Source: Chiloscyllium plagiosum
Taxonomy: Eukaryota
NCBI RefSeq assembly: GCF_004010195.1
Contig: NC_057753.1
Coordinates: forward strand, 272,482 to 306,006
Direction of reading: 5' to 3'
Length of the DNA: 33,525 nucleotides
Part shown: in pieces, positions 31,338-33,525 of the stretch
Numbering within the stretch: position 1 is the first letter of the stretch
Layout: every line of letters begins with the position of its first letter
Translations under genes and position numbers: made by a program
Notes under the pieces: model-generated
What the model saw: the letters and a program-made list of their open reading frames with translations, nothing else
What the model was told of the DNA's origin: nothing
The model's database searches: none

Positions 31338-33415
31338 GTCCTCGCGTTAATTAGGATAGCTGTAGTGTGAAGGGATTGGGAGTTCTAGAATTTTTATATT
31401 GCATTCAGGAGAACTTTTTGTGTAGGAATAGTCCTATTACAGGCGGGGCAATGCTAGACCTAATCGTAGAGACTGAAACCAGTCAATTGGTTGAAACTTA
31501 AGTAATGGTCACTAACTCACAGTGGAAAACACTAAGGATAGTTCAGAAGTTAAGCATTTAAATTGGGGGAAGGCAGATTTCAATATCAAAAGATAGGATC
31601 TGGCAACCATAAACTGGGAGTGGCTACTTGCAGGCAAGTCTACATTTGGAAAGTCTTTCAAAAGTAGTACAGTAAGAATTCAGACTCAGCGTGTTCCTCG
31701 GAGAGTGAAGGGCAAAAGCAGCAAGTCCAGCCAACCCTGGATGTTAAGGGATTTCGAGAGTTTGATAAAGGGAGGAAGCATATAACAAGGTACAACACAT
31801 TGAAATAGAGGTGGCCTTTCAAAAGTATAGAGTGTGTGAGGTTGATTGGGAAGGAAATTAGGAGGGTAAAGAGGGGCCATGAAATATCTTTGGCAGATGG
31901 GATCAAGGAAACCCTCAAAGTTTTGTATAAGTTAGAAGATTACCAGGGAAAGACTGGGACCTATACAGACCAAAGGGAGCCAGTGAACGTGGGTGAGGTC
32001 TTAAATGAATACTTCTCATTTGTGTTCACATGGTAGAAAACATTGTAGCCAGGGATTTCATTTGGGGTTAGTGAAGTTCTGGAACATAAGATTAATAAGG
32101 AGGAGGTATCAGATGGTTTAGCAGTCACAAAAGTTGCCAGGGCCGAATGAGATGTAACCCAGGCTACTAAGGGAGGCAGGAGAGGAGATAGATGGGGGTC
32201 TGGCAGGGATAGTTGATACTTCACTGGCCACAAATGAAGCTTCAGATGACTGGAGGTTAACTAATGTGGTTCCTTTGTTCAAGGACAGGATCAGGGATAG
32301 GCCAGGTAATTACAAATGAGTTAGTCTGATGTAAGGGGTAGGAAAATTATTGGAAAGATTTCTAAGGGATGGGATCAAAAAATATTTGGAAAGTCAGGGA
32401 TTGAGCAGGAATAGTCAGCATGGATTTGTTAGAGGGCAATCCAGTCTAATTTAATTGGGGTGTTTTGAAAAGGTGGGTAAACACATTGACATGGGTAGAG
32501 CAGTTGATGTGGTTTACGTGGACTTCAGTCATTCCCTTGTCAAGGTCCCACATGGAGGGCTGGTCCAAAAGTAAAGAGCCCATGGGATCCAAGGCAAGTT
32601 GGCAAACTGGATCCAAAACTGGCTTATGAATAGGAGGTGAAGGATGATGGACGGTTGTTTTTGTAATTGGAAGCTTGTGACGACTGGTGTCCTACACAGA
32701 TCAGTGCTAGCACCCTTACTGTTTGTAATGTACATTCACAACTTGGATGTGAATGCAAAAGGTGTCCAGGTAATTAGGAAGGTTGACGCCAGTTAGTGTG
32801 CTGTTGGTGAGCTGGACGAGCTCAGCTACAGTTTGTTGATCAGTTGTAAACTGGGCAGATCAATGGCAGGTGAAATTTAATCCCAATAAGTGCAAAGTCA
32901 GGCATTTTTGGAGGTCGATTAAGGGAAGGATATATACAATAAATGGCCAGTCCCTCGGAGGCACTCAGGAACAAAGGGACCTTGATGTACAAGGCTACAG
33001 ATCCCTGAAGGTGTCAGCACAGAAAGATGGTGGTGAATAAGGCATACAGGATGCTTGCCTTCATTAGCCTCATTAGACATAGACTATAGCGGCAAGGAAG
33101 TCTCGTTCTAACTTCATAAAGCCGTGTCTTGGCCACAGGTGCAATACAACATGCAGTTCTGGTCATGACACGATTGAAAAGATGTGTCTGCACTAGAGAG
33201 GGTGCAGAGGAGATTCACCAGGATGTTGCCTATGATGAAAAATATCAGTTATGAGGAGAAACTGGACAGGATGGGTTTGTTCTCCTAGGAGCAGAGGAGG
33301 CTGAGGGGCGAACCTGACTGAGGTACACAAACTTATGACAGGCATAGACAGAGTAAATCATGAGAATATCTTCTGCATGGCAGATATGTCTAAGACCTGA
33401 GGGCAAAGGTTGAGC

Positions 33416-33525
33416 TGTCCCAGTGAGCTGACTGTGGGATGGAGCTGTAACCAGTCACATAGAGAGGCGTGTCCCAGTGAGCTGACTGTGGGATGGAGCT
33501 GTAACCAGTCACACAGACTGAGAGA
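33416..33525. repeat. 54-bp tandem repeat (2 copies visible, may continue beyond the window)
   Basis: TGTCCCAGTGAGCTGACTGTGGGATGGAGCTGTAACCAGTCACA at 33416 and 33470. Confidence 0.85.

Larger units (their letters stand above)
27140..33410 (+). mobile_element. Near full-length decayed CR1 LINE (probable 5' UTR, ORF1, ORF2) with four nested insertions
   Basis: ORF1 and ORF2 motifs are colinear once the insertions are removed (see next two features). The 5' boundary is uncertain. Confidence 0.82.
29660..33410 (+). pseudogene. CR1 ORF2 remnant (APE endonuclease plus RT)
   Basis: LNCTYFNAR; DIVAITETWLKEGQDWQLEIPGY; YKPPNSQRE; CIQENF; WRLTNVVPLFK; PGNY; QHGF; DVVYVDFS..KVPH; GV...SVL.P; ALERVQRRFTRMLP. 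Many stops. Confidence 0.85.

Overview
Eukaryotic, repeat-saturated genomic DNA. It is very probably from a cartilaginous fish (shark or ray), inferred from the HE1-like V-SINE, SacSINE1/Deu-like SINE, CR1 LINE and Penelope repertoire. No host protein-coding gene can be confidently identified. The window holds many nested CR1 fragments, about 14 V-SINE copies and a Rex1/Babar LINE fragment. It also holds a putative solo LTR, three Penelope-like element (PLE) remnants with minimal hammerhead-ribozyme motifs, and a ~9.5-kb array of a 24-bp minisatellite (4118-13632) whose consensus is open in all six frames. A CpG-island promoter with five tandem CCAAT boxes and an NRF1 palindrome lies at ~26.1-26.7 kb, followed by a decayed, near full-length CR1 (ORF1 zinc-finger/SGNH esterase plus ORF2 APE/RT) at ~27.1-33.4 kb. 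There are five N-gaps. Most long ORFs in the supplied track are artefacts of the minisatellite or of N runs. The most interesting items are: (i) a 479-bp internally deleted PLE with a 12-bp TSD whose 5' end lies about 5 nt from the predicted hammerhead cleavage site; (ii) the 24-bp array, with apparent 3-nt periodic variation and higher-order structure; (iii) a promoter whose NF-Y sites are built from a 36-bp tandem repeat. All family assignments are by eye from recalled motifs, and boundaries are approximate.
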